From the NCBI RefSeq assembly GCF_964204865.1, contig NC_135255.1, forward strand, positions 21,638,001 to 21,702,000: a stretch of 64,000 nt of DNA, in the 5' to 3' direction. Origin of the DNA: Styela clava. Its lineage: Eukaryota. The notes under the pieces were generated by a model. It made no database searches, was not told the DNA's origin, and worked only from the letters and a program-made list of their open reading frames with translations. Made by a program: the position numbers and the translations under genes. The number at the start of each line of letters is the position of its first letter. Position 1 is the first letter of the stretch. Of the stretch, positions 24,201-35,667 are shown piece by piece.

Positions 24201-27200
24201 GGTAGCTGTCTTCTGTTCCCCATTTGCAGGTAAGATCGTCTAAATACAGTGCCATGATTTTCCTGCATCCGTTGGGGTGGACACTGCTTCCCCCTTAAAA
24301 TTTATAACACTGAGATCAAGATTGTATTCAAAAGGACACTTTGCACAAAAGTTATGTTCATATGTTCTGGAGATTATGTCCCAAATGATATGTGTTCAGT
24401 TTTTTGATGGTTGGGGGGGGGGGGGCACAATGTATGTAAGTTAACCAGTGTTAAGAAGGCTACAGTCTTTGACCAGCTCGGCTGGGCTAGACTCTTATCA
24501 AAGACCCAGAGTGACTTGAAAGAAAAATTTAACTCAATGATTGTCTTTGCCTTGTTTTTATAGGGATCTCTACCCCAGTTTAATCTGTTTATGAATTACT
24601 AATATATTGTTATACATGACGGTATTTAAACAAGTGTGGGATAATCGGGTGGGACACAAGGGAATGGGAAATATGTGGAGCAAGTGTATAACAAACACGG
24701 GACAAGTGTGACAAACTGTGGGTGACATAAGTTCGGGACAATTGCTACACAAGGGAAATAAATGCGGGATAAAATGAGTGCAAAGGGGGCAATTGTAAGA
24801 CATGTAGGGTGGGTGGCAAATGACTTTTTATAATAATTTTAGCGAATGTTGTGTTTTATTGCTTTTACCATCACTAGCCCAAACTAACTAACTCTCCAAT
24901 CTTCATTCTAGGAGTATATTTTGAAAAAATGGTGAAAGAATCAGACACTTCAATATGGGTTCGTAATTTACAAATGTACGCTTGGACGACGACGGCCGCA
25001 TTTTTGGCCGTGATCACTAAAGATCTTGCAACCGTCAGAGAGAAAGGATTCTTCTTTGCTTATACTCCCTTGGTCTGGGTTTTGCTTTGTGAGTATTTGG
25101 TGACACTTAAAGCATTATATTTGGTTTTGTTGGTATTGTAAGTTACAGCTATGTGTCTCAGTTTCGAATCCTGTACCCCCCAGACCCCCTCCCCCAATCC
25201 AGGGTGTAAAAATTCGGGGTGGAAAATGTCAAAACAAAAAGATCCTGTCCTCCCAAATCATTAGATATCAGTGGGTGCTTATACAGGGCTGCTCAGGCCT
25301 TTGTTGTTGTTATTTTTTTGAAGCAGAATGAACTAATAATGGTCGCATAAAAATTGATGCCACCCCACCTCACCCAAGGAATAGTAAATTGGGTATTGCT
25401 AAACTGGAAGGATACCGTTCTTTTCAATCACAGTGTTTCACTGAAAATAAGACTAGTCCTAATTGTAAAAAGATTTCAATATAAGCCTTCCCCCTAAAAT
25501 AAAACCTTGTGTTATCTCCTAATTCTAAACTCTGTGATTATGTTTTTGACCAATGAAAATAAAATTCATCCCCCAAAAATAAGCCCTAGGATATTTTTCG
25601 AAAGTTGAAATTGAAATAATTAGTGATATTCAGCAGGAAAGCGATCAGAACAAGCTTTCTGACTATTTATTACTATTCATTCAGAGTGATATTGTTTCCT
25701 CCAACTTCAAATATTAGCAAATTCTATGGAAGAATCATTTAAATTATTATTTACTCTACAGGTATTGGTGGTGTCAATGGTCTTCTTGTGTCTCTTGTAC
25801 TGAAATATGCAGATAATATTGTCAAATGTTTTGCGGCCTCTGTCTCAATTATTCTGTCCACGATTTTGTCATATTTTATCTTTCAATATGAATTTGGTGA
25901 GTTTTTATATTTTTCTAAATCCAATCCCCCAATCCAAAGTAGTAATAATTTTGGCGCTCCCGTATTATATGAACCAAGATGGCGAAGACCGGAACGTAGT
26001 ATGTGTACCAGGTTAGGGTTAGGCCATAATTTTATTCCAATTTTCCTTATTTTAGTTCTATTACGAGTTCGGGGACTAGTCAAGTAACTCCCGTAGTATT
26101 TGTACCTGTAATTATGTCCTAACCTGATACACATACTACGTCCCGGTGTCCGCCATCTTGGTTCACATACTACGGGGGAACCATAATTTGAGTAGGCAAT
26201 GCCAAACAGGAAAGATTTTGACCTCCCAAATAAAAGTTTATCCTGACATTATAATCTTGCTCACAGAAGAAGGTTGCCATCCATCTATAGTCTAACTCCA
26301 TAATGCCCTTCTGCTCAGCTCCAAGCTGTGCTAGAAAAATAAATGGCATTGTAGGATTGTTGTTGAGACATTTTACAGCATCAAATTGGCGTATCACTAT
26401 AAAATCTTCGATAAAATGAACAAAAAAAGTTCTATGTTGTGTTTGTGTCAAATTTATCGCATTAGATAGTTTTTTATTTTTAATTGCGTTATATATTTAG
26501 ATAGCATATATCTTAAAGTTCAAAATCCACCCTTCGGTTTCATCCTAGCCCTCATAACAGCTGACTTATTCGATTCGGTACAACATGACGAAATTTCCCA
26601 TAAGACTCCATTGTTTCGCGTTTCCCAAGTATGGCTTATCATTAGGCAAGTTGGTTGCCGGCAGTTGCAGAAGGCGTGCATAAGCTTGTATAATATGAAA
26701 ACTTGCGTGACAGGAGTTTGCAAGACCTACATTGGTTGCTAGCAGTTTTTTCCTAACCCTAACACGCAATTTTTCAAAATGATTTATAGTCACATTTTGT
26801 GTCTTGACAAAGCAATCTGTAGCATGCTGATACTATGATTGCAGTAGAGACATATTTGTTATGTAGAAACAGGAAGAACCAGGGGGGGGGGGGTGTATGG
26901 GGTTTGTGGTAGGAACCCACCTTTTGAAATGTAAAAAAAAGTATTCCTCTGTATTATACAAAGCAATCATCATACAACCCAAGCGTGAATCGCTCTTTAG
27001 ACCCTTCAGACTAATGAAAACCAACGTTTTCCGTACCAATCTTTCCCGCCTCAGGTCGGACCTGCTAGGTCTGCTAGGGTCTTACTTGACAATTGGAAAA
27101 TCAAGAACCCCTTCATTGGAAATTTCCGGCTAGCGCCACCCAATGGCAATAATTTTGATGACGTCATAGCAAAAAAAAAGTACTAGCCTTCTGGAGAAAA

Positions 27201-27842
27201 ATTTTATCTTTAACCACTGAAAATTTCAAAGCGATTGGTCCAGTATTCGAAGAGAAAAGCGATTTTTTATTGATAATGACGAAAGAAAATAACAATAACA
27301 ACAAAATTTTGAAACGATCGTTATGGCCACTAAACGTGTCCAATAAATAGAATTGATGGGATAGTGCAGGCAACAACCGACCTGCTAATAGCTAAGCAGA
27401 TGTCCAAAAAATTTCATCCTACCCCTCCAGCAATAACAATCGAAAATTTTACCCGATTTTATGGTAATAACAATCGTACATGTGATTGTATGATAAATTA
27501 AAACTGCAAGCAGAATAAGAACTGTGAATAAACAAAGACGAGGATTTTTTATTGTTATTACTATGTAATCTTTATGAAATAGGAAGTGAGCTATGGTTGT
27601 AGTAAACCTCAGTCATTTTGCCTAAAAACATTGAATAAATCTAAGAATTCACTATTTCTTTTACAGGTCCTGGCTTTATAATAGGAGGCATGATTGTATG
27701 CAGTGCAATATGTATCTATGCCATCCCTCTGCCTTGTCTGGGTACAAAATGGACGTCAAGTTCAACTAGCAAAAAAATTTCCGGTGCGAGTTACGATAAA
27801 CTCAGATCAGCTACTTTGAACACAGATAACGATGAGATTTAA
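21289..27842 (+). CDS. SLC35A-family nucleotide-sugar transporter (UDP-Gal/UDP-GlcNAc/CMP-Sia type), 7 coding exons, 358 aa
   Basis: Exons 21289-21444, 21694-21894, 23100-23205, 24104-24229, 24912-25088, 25762-25896 and 27667-27842 all have GT-AG borders and compatible phases (1077 nt total). Motifs VPSFVYALQNN, YQLK, GVYFEK, SIWVRNLQM, KYADNIVKCFA. The exact SLC35A paralogue cannot be assigned by eye. Confidence 0.9.
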
Positions 27843-30800
27843 GTGAAATAAACTGGTTTTTGTTGTTTCTGTAAGGTTGTGACAAGGCATTCAAAATGCG
27901 ACTCCTGTCACTCTCAGACAAAAACGTTGGCTTAAAAAATTGTGACTTAGCCCACCTTGATTTGTATGCTTAGTAATAAGACACAACCAGCGACTCTTGT
28001 TACAAAAATTATGGATTCTGGTCAAACTCAAATTTTGGGGTCGGGAAAAGGCATTCAGAAAGCGACACCTGTCAAACAAAATCTTCGACTTAGATTTCTG
28101 GTCAAGAGGAATTTTGACTGGTTCCAAAACTTTTTGGCTGACGAAATTTTTAATACCGACTATTGGTAAATAGAAATTTATGTGGTCTCCTTGATTTGTA
28201 TGTCTAGTCCAAACTTTTCGAAAACATCATTAAAAACACACTTCTGTTAAACAAAAATTATGGTCTGGTCTGGTCAAATCTGTTCAAACCCGAATCTTGG
28301 CAGACGAAAATCCTGACCCGACCCTGCCCAGACTTTATAAACTTTAAATAACCTGTTTATCTTATGAAAATTTGAAAGTGGTGGCCGTGTTAGTTTTAGA
28401 ATGAAGCAATTTTTAATCCTAACTACACACTAACTCCATAATTAGGGGATTTTTGTCCCCCGATCCCAGGACAAGCACTGGTTTCTTCATCAATTGTTAC
28501 TGTTTTTTTTTATTATTCAGAATTCATTCAAAATCGCAATTTTCATTGTTCAATAATTATATTTTAATTTATTATTATCATCGCTTCCGAATATAATAAA
28601 ATTCATTCTTATATGTTCATATTTTTAGTGTTTGATATAATTTTTATTTATTCCTGTGAGAGGAAATTTGATAAGATGGTGTAACAGCTTTTCTTCTATT
28701 TAATAAACATAAGAATCATATCCTATCCACGAGTAATTTTTATGCAATGATATATTTTCAATTTATTGAAATAGTTTTAGAAAATAAGTTATGCACTGTT
28801 TGTAAAATTAATTCTTCAATGCTGTTTTCTTCATTATGTTGTCTTCAATACTGATAGTTTGTTAATTTCAATATGTAAATATTTAAAGATAATGTCTTCA
28901 TTTAAATGGTACAGGAAGCCGTAACCGACCAGTGGTTACATGAACCACCCTAAGGCAGTGAGGAATCCTGCAATCCTTTCACACATAATTTACTCCGCAT
29001 GGAATTAGAACATGCGAACCCACGCAGGTCAGAGGCGTAGTGGCTAGCGTAATCCTATCGCTCAGTTAGCATGATGCGCCAAACCGCCGAGCTAAATTTT
29101 AAATTATCAAAATAGTTTCAGTTTCCGGATCGTAAGTTATGCACTGTTTGTACAATTTAATTCTTCAATGCTGTGTCTTTTTTTTATTATGCTGTCTTCC
29201 ATACTAATCCATATAGAAACAGCTTCATATTTCAAAAAAATGTAAATGAGTTCAAATGGTACATTTAAAAAAAACTTTCTTCAATTGAATGGTCGAGGAA
29301 GCCGTTACGGACCATCGGTTACGTGAACCACCCTAAGGAGTTCGCTGTTCTGCAATCCATGTTGTCTTTAATACTGATAGTTTGTTAATTACGTTTTACA
29401 ATTAATTTCAAATAGTACATTTAAAAATCATTTCTTCAATTGAGTTTGCACTTTTTTCTATTAATAATCACTCATATGCTCAGGTGCTTTCATAATCTAA
29501 GTCAGTATTTCACGACCTATGGGTCACTTGTAAATTTGCTTTGTGTCACTTGTTTTTACAGTGAATAACAAAAAATAACTAATTTTTTTTTCTAGTAAAT
29601 TTTCTTGTTCGTTTTGTATCCGGTACGGAAGTGTTGCTCAATAGTAATTGTATATGTAGGAAGTATCATTTTGTAAAAACTTGTGCAGCATTCAATTTAC
29701 TATATAAAGCAGGGGTTCCCAAACCAGGGGTCGCGACCCCAAATTGGGTCAGAGTGATAAATAGGTCGCAACCAGGTCAGGGGTCGCTGAGGTATGGTAG
29801 AGGATGGATGTACAAATCATATAGGATTTGACAAACCATGTTAAATTTAGCAGTTTGTACCATGGCTTACTGTAAAACAGGCCCATAGGCATCGCTCTAT
29901 GCTTTTGTTATTGAAAATGTAGGTGTTTATTGTGACATCACTGTTGGGTTTTAGCTTATTTTACTTAATACCACCACATGACCAAACTCAAAAGTCCAGT
30001 GAAAGAAGCTCTAAAGTTTCATGAAATATATATATATTGACCTGGGGTCGCACTGGACACTTGAAAGTTGTTTTTGGGGTCGTCCTGAAAAAAGCTTGGG
30101 AACCCCTGATGTGAAGCCTCACCACTATTCAAAAGTGCTGTCTTCTCACATTGTTGTAGTTTCTAGGTGAATAAATGCTAAAATGCTTGTTTTATATTAG
30201 TCATAGAAGCACTACATGCCGTTTAGTATTTGAGATGTCCCAGGTCACGAGACTTTACAAATGTTATTTTTAAATAATTTGGGTGGCTTGGAAAAAAGGT
30301 TGGTGACCACTAATCCAAGGTGTTTATTCGTTTTTGTTTGAATTTTGTGACATCAACAATATTTACTAACTGATATATAACTTTGCTCAGCGATGAGTTT
30401 TCTTTACTTCTGAGTGAGTATCCGTTTTTTTTGCTTGAGCAAGTTTCCATGAATAATGCTTTATTTTTTCTTTTCAATGTCTTCAGTGATCATCTATTTG
30501 AATCTATAACAATACTAACTTGACTGATTTTGGTCAATTTGAATAGGATAGGAGTTCATATTTATCCTGGGCACTGAGAAAAGCCTATTAAACGACTTAA
30601 TCCTATGGCGAATCACGGCCTCCGTCCAGTTACCAGTTCCATGTCGGGTACTGAGCGACCCCTTACTCCGGGCTGTAAATATTTTGACTCCTAACAGATG
30701 AGAAAATCCAATTTTGGTAAGAAAAAATTGTGTGTGCGTAATTATCGGTTTTTGGTATTTGCCTTTTTTATGATTAGTGTGCGTTTTGTTGACAAGTTTA

Positions 30801-31028
30801 TGATGATTGATTGGCGCTCCAGAAGTGTGTGTACCAATATGAAGGTAACTAAGATTGTTCGCCTATTTCACATCAAGTTGTGTAAAAGGACTGAAACCTA
30901 TGCACTCGGCTAACACAGACAGTCGCTGAACTTGTAATAGAACTAAAATAAGGAAATCGGAATAAAATTAAGGCCTAATCCTAACCTGGCACATACACTA
31001 CGGGGGGTACCGATTGATTGGTCTAAAC

Positions 31029-31572
31029 CAGGGGTCGGGAACCCATGGCTCGCGAGCCATATATGGCTCTTTTGGTGACGGCATATGGCTCCCAGAAAAA
31101 TCTAATATTCTAAGACTAAGCTTACTATTGTTACAAGATTTCAAACTCTTTTATAGCCAATTTTGGCAGGAAATTCCCAAAACGTTTGAGAACGCGCGCC
31201 CAGCACATGTCTATGTTATGTGAGATAATCGCCAGACAGGCATTGTGACAAACAAGGGGATTCTGGAACATATATTGTGACATCACAAAGCGATAGAGTT
31301 TTAAAAACACTACGGAGATGCCTAAACGAAAAAGGGTGATGAGAATCGTAGATTTCAACTTGGGCTGCATGTGAGCAACCGTTCAAGGCCCGCAGCGACT
31401 ACATGCAGCATCAGAAATCACATTAAATGTATATTGACATTGTATGTGTTGACTTTTGAGTAAACATTTTAGGCCTGATCAAGTGAAGAAATGTTATATG
31501 GCTCGCACGGAAATGCAATTGAAAATATGTATATTTTATGGCTCTCTTGACCAAAAAGGTTCCCGACCCCTG
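31029..31572. mobile_element. hAT-Charlie MITE
   Basis: TIR CAGGGGTCGGGAACC/GGTTCCCGACCCCTG with perfect TSD GTCTAAAC. Confidence 0.88.
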
Positions 31573-31818
31573 GTCTAAACATTTCTTCATTTGCCCTATC
31601 TTTTAAATCTTGATTAGAACCTGCAAATAGCCAAAAAGATGATCTTCATTACTAAAGGTCGAGCCAAACTCGTAAAAAATTTGTTGTAGATTTAAGATAA
31701 TTATTTCTTCATTTTTGATGAATTGATTTTTGATTATGCAATCAATCAATTGAATTTTAATTATTTTTCCAGAATTTTTATTCTTAATTAGAACAAATAT
31801 CTAAAAATAACTGATATA

Positions 31819-32916
31819 ATGTCTGACGATAATAAAGCAAATTCTGAGCCAGCAGAGGGATCCAAGAGTCCGAAAATTTGTGAAGAAACTAAACCAGAGG
31901 TTGCAGAGGAAAAAGTTGAAGTCTCTACAAGCGAAAGTGGGGGTGCAAATCAAGATACAGCAGATGAAAATGACCCATTTAAAGATCATAAATTTGTAGT
32001 TCCATTTACGCAAATCAAAACTGTTTTGGACATGGCAATTTGGACAAAATCAAGCGGGTATGAAGACTATTTAGGATTTATAATGATGCTAAATGCAGCT
32101 ATAAAAGGTAAAAAGCTTAGTGCTCCATGCGAAGTGTCTGAAACGACGAAAAAAATTGTCGCACTTTTGGATTTATTGGATAAATGGATTGATGAAACGC
32201 CGTCGATAGACCAGCCGCAAAGATTCGGGAACAAGGCTTTTCGTACTTGGTATGAAAAGTTAAAAGAAGAAGGTGAAAAATTGACCTCTGACCTTTTGCC
32301 TGATAATTTAAAAAGAGCTGCTTCTGAAATTGTGGAGTATTTACACGGGGGTTTCGGAAATTCCACAAGAATTGATTACGGAACTGGTCACGAAATGTCA
32401 TTTGCTTGTTTTCTTTGTTGTTTTTTTAAGCTCCAAATCCTGGGGGAAAAAGATAAACTTGCGGCCGTTTTTCACGTCTTTAATCGTTACTTACACGTCG
32501 CTCGGAAGTTGCAAAAGACTTACAGAATGGAGCCAGCAGGGAGTCAAGGGGTATGGGGGTTAGATGATTTCCAATTTTTACCCTTTATATGGGGGTCGTC
32601 GCAGTTTTTCAGTCACCCCACGATTCTACCTGTTCATTTTGTAGAATCGAAAATTGTCGCTGAAAACCGATCAGAATACATGTTCATGGAATGCATTGAT
32701 TATATCATGTCCGTAAAAACGGGACCTTTCGCTGAGCATTCAAACACTCTCTGGGGGATTAGTGGCGTCCCGCATTGGGGGAAAGTCAACTCCGGCCTAT
32801 TGAAGATGTACAAGGCGGAAATACTTCAGAAATTTCCGATTATTCAGCATTTCAAATTCGGATCCATACTCACTTTAGATCCGAGTCCTAGACAACCTGG
32901 TATAAAGTTGAATTGA
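31819..32916 (+). CDS. PTPA: Serine/threonine phosphatase 2A activator, single-exon CDS
   Basis: 365-aa ORF with QPQRFGNKAFR, FGNSTRIDYGTGHE, MEPAGSQGVWGLDDFQFLPFIWGSSQ and KTGPFAEHS. Acceptor ends at 31772; AATAAA at 32930. Confidence 0.96.
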   Translation: MSDDNKANSEPAEGSKSPKICEETKPEVAEEKVEVSTSESGGANQDTADENDPFKDHKFVVPFTQIKTVLDMAIWTKSSGYEDYLGFIMMLNAAIKGKKLSAPCEVSETTKKIVALLDLLDKWIDETPSIDQPQRFGNKAFRTWYEKLKEEGEKLTSDLLPDNLKRAASEIVEYLHGGFGNSTRIDYGTGHEMSFACFLCCFFKLQILGEKDKLAAVFHVFNRYLHVARKLQKTYRMEPAGSQGVWGLDDFQFLPFIWGSSQFFSHPTILPVHFVESKIVAENRSEYMFMECIDYIMSVKTGPFAEHSNTLWGISGVPHWGKVNSGLLKMYKAEILQKFPIIQHFKFGSILTLDPSPRQPGIKLN

Positions 32917-34269
32917 AGAAATAATAAGGAATAAACCTTTTTAAAAGACAAGTCTTTACATTAAAGCTTAAAAACTACCTCTGTTATAGAACAACGAATC
33001 AGTTTTTAAAAAATTACAGTGGAAATTTGAGACGCTTTGTGAACAGCATTTCCCGTTGAAGAAATGAGTCATTTGTTTCTTATTAATCAGTTATTTCTGT
33101 TTGGGACATAGCATGTCGTATATTTTTGCTCACCTAATCGTAGACAAAAACTACTAGGGCAGGGAATTCAGGCAAAGTTAACCACAGCGTTGTATTAAGT
33201 TGAACTTGAGCAATGAAGTGGATTTTTTAAAACATTGCACTTGATTAGCTTGTGTGGAACCTTATATCCGTCCTTATTTCTACCCTGCTGTCTCTATGGT
33301 AAATCAACAGCCCTCTAAGGAGAACCATTTAAATGGTAATTTGGACCACATACTGGTATCCTTCCCTGTTCATAACTTGCTGTCTCTATGGCAGCCCAAT
33401 AGCCCTCTATGGTCGTTGGGACAATATATCTATCCCTATTCCTAACCTGCTGTCTATATAATATATAGCAATCAATGGCTCTCTGTGACGGAGGCAATTC
33501 AAACGTCGATTGGGACGGTATATATCCATCCTTGTTCAAACAATTGAGATTATGCAGTTTGAGTATAGAATTTCTATGTCCATATATGTAAGCAATATTC
33601 TTTTCTCACTTTGACTTTTACTTAATACAAAATGATTTGGGTATTCATCGTGATTGGAAAATTATGGTTCCATCTTTTTGGATTAGTTTTTTAGATTAAT
33701 ATTTTTCTGTAATTTATTCTTTATTCCAGATCTGTTGAGTCATTTTGAATGTTTCATATTTTTTTGAACTCTTCTTGACGTTTGAAATCTTTTGTATGTT
33801 TTTGCCATCAACTGTTTGTCCTTAGTATGCACGTTTGCTCGAAACAGAGTTTTGGGCCTTCAACTAAATGTGGAAAGAGAGAGAGAGCGAAGTCATATTT
33901 TTTATCAAACTAGAGAACAGAAATATAAATAATAATAAAATAAGAGAATCGAAAGTTTTCGGTTGATGACTGGTAGGTAACGAAAAGACCATTCGCGATC
34001 ATCTAAGTCAGTTACCACCAAATACAAACACTTAGGCAGCACACAGCGTTCCTTTTCAAACATGCTAGTTAGCAGTGTGGAGCCCAGCGATCCTCCCGAG
34101 CATAAATCAGCGGTACGAACAGTTTGTTTGTACCTTTATCTATCAAGTCTAAATATCGTTCTTGTGGCCTATTAATTTATATATTATGGTTACTTTCTTT
34201 TAATTAATGAATAAATGTTTTTAATTGTTTTATTATTTCAGATTTATAATTTAACATAAATCTTGAAAT

Positions 34270-34830
34270 ATGGACCAAATAACAGACTCTTCAATGGCAG
34301 AAGGGTCAGATGGAAATGGCACGACCTCTGACCCTGATGTGAAAGGTGATAATACGGCAGAAGGAACAGATGAGATGGACTTGACCTCTGACTCTGAGGT
34401 GAAAGGTCACAGGAAGAAGAAACCATTTCCCAGAGAAGACTTCAACCCTGATGAATGGGAATTAGTCGAAGAAGACAATTGTTTAATCGAATTGCATGGA
34501 GTCGCGCGTAAAAATTATCTCAAAAAATGTGATAAAGATCGAGTGAAACTTATCGGATTATTTGATGAAAATGGAAAAATGTTTCTACAATTGGATGAAC
34601 TTATTTTTATGGGTGAACCGACAGAAACGTTTGGCACCAACGCACTTTTTGAGGAATATTATTCCGACGGGGAGTCTAGTGAGGATGAGGACACATTCCG
34701 TACCGTGACACCGACTCCAGGAAAACAGAAAGTTAAATTACGTTATTTAACGCACACAGAAAAAAAGATTTCAATGTATAGGGCCTTGTTAGTAGACAAG
34801 ACGGTAGATGAAAAAAGTGAATCTCAATGA
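34270..34830 (+). CDS. GTF3C6: General transcription factor IIIC subunit 6, single-exon CDS
   Basis: 186-aa ORF with the TFIIIC_sub6-like pattern LIELHG...KLIG...FLQLDELIFMGE..ETFGTNALFEE and C-terminal LRYLTHTEKKISMYRALL. Acceptor ends at 34241. Confidence 0.8.
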   Translation: MDQITDSSMAEGSDGNGTTSDPDVKGDNTAEGTDEMDLTSDSEVKGHRKKKPFPREDFNPDEWELVEEDNCLIELHGVARKNYLKKCDKDRVKLIGLFDENGKMFLQLDELIFMGEPTETFGTNALFEEYYSDGESSEDEDTFRTVTPTPGKQKVKLRYLTHTEKKISMYRALLVDKTVDEKSESQ

Positions 34831-35667
34831 TTAGGGTTTTCCCCCATATTTGCTATTTTCAATTTTTTCCTGGGGGGAGATATGGACTCTTTTTCATCCT
34901 TTGATTTGTATTATGTTGTCATGGTTTTGTATTATGGCATTCATGGTATTATTGCATCACATTTTTTAAAATTGTACTCAAATTCGTCCGATGATTAACT
35001 TCCAATGAAATTGCCCTATTTTTAAATAACTCAGCCATTTATTTTTCATTGGATGCCAAATTCACTTATTCTGGTCTTTCTAAAAATTTTAGTTATTTTA
35101 CGAATCAGTGACCCCTTTATATTGTTATTGAGTATTGTTCAAAGTGCAATGTGTGAAATGACATATGAAACGTGCAAAGTGTTGATATAGGGGTCTGACT
35201 AATAGTTAGGTAGAAGTCTCCCAAGCGCTCCAAAGTTGATTGAACGAAGCGGAAGGATATTCGCGGGCTGGGAGAGGGGAGCGCACGAATGCGGCCGAAG
35301 CCGTATAGTTGAATTATTATGAATATACATATGCCTAAACATGTGCGTCAGGTTGAGTCATCCAAGTCGAATCAATCACTGATTTCTTTTAGATGAGTTG
35401 GGTTACTTGTAATCTCTGATAAATATTGTCTTGACTCTTCAGTCCATAGCACTGGTTACCAGTCCAGCAAGGGTTTTAGAATATTTTGGTCACATTGTTA
35501 TAGACTCATGATCTTTGGATTTCGTTTTTTAAATTATTTCTTGTTTCTTTTTTTTAGATTTTAATCTTAACTACTCTAGTTAATACTTTTGAATTCTTCA
35601 ATATTATCTGCTGTCTTACTTAGGGGACAATTTTCCTGGACAGAATAGATTGAACGACTGGACAGCA

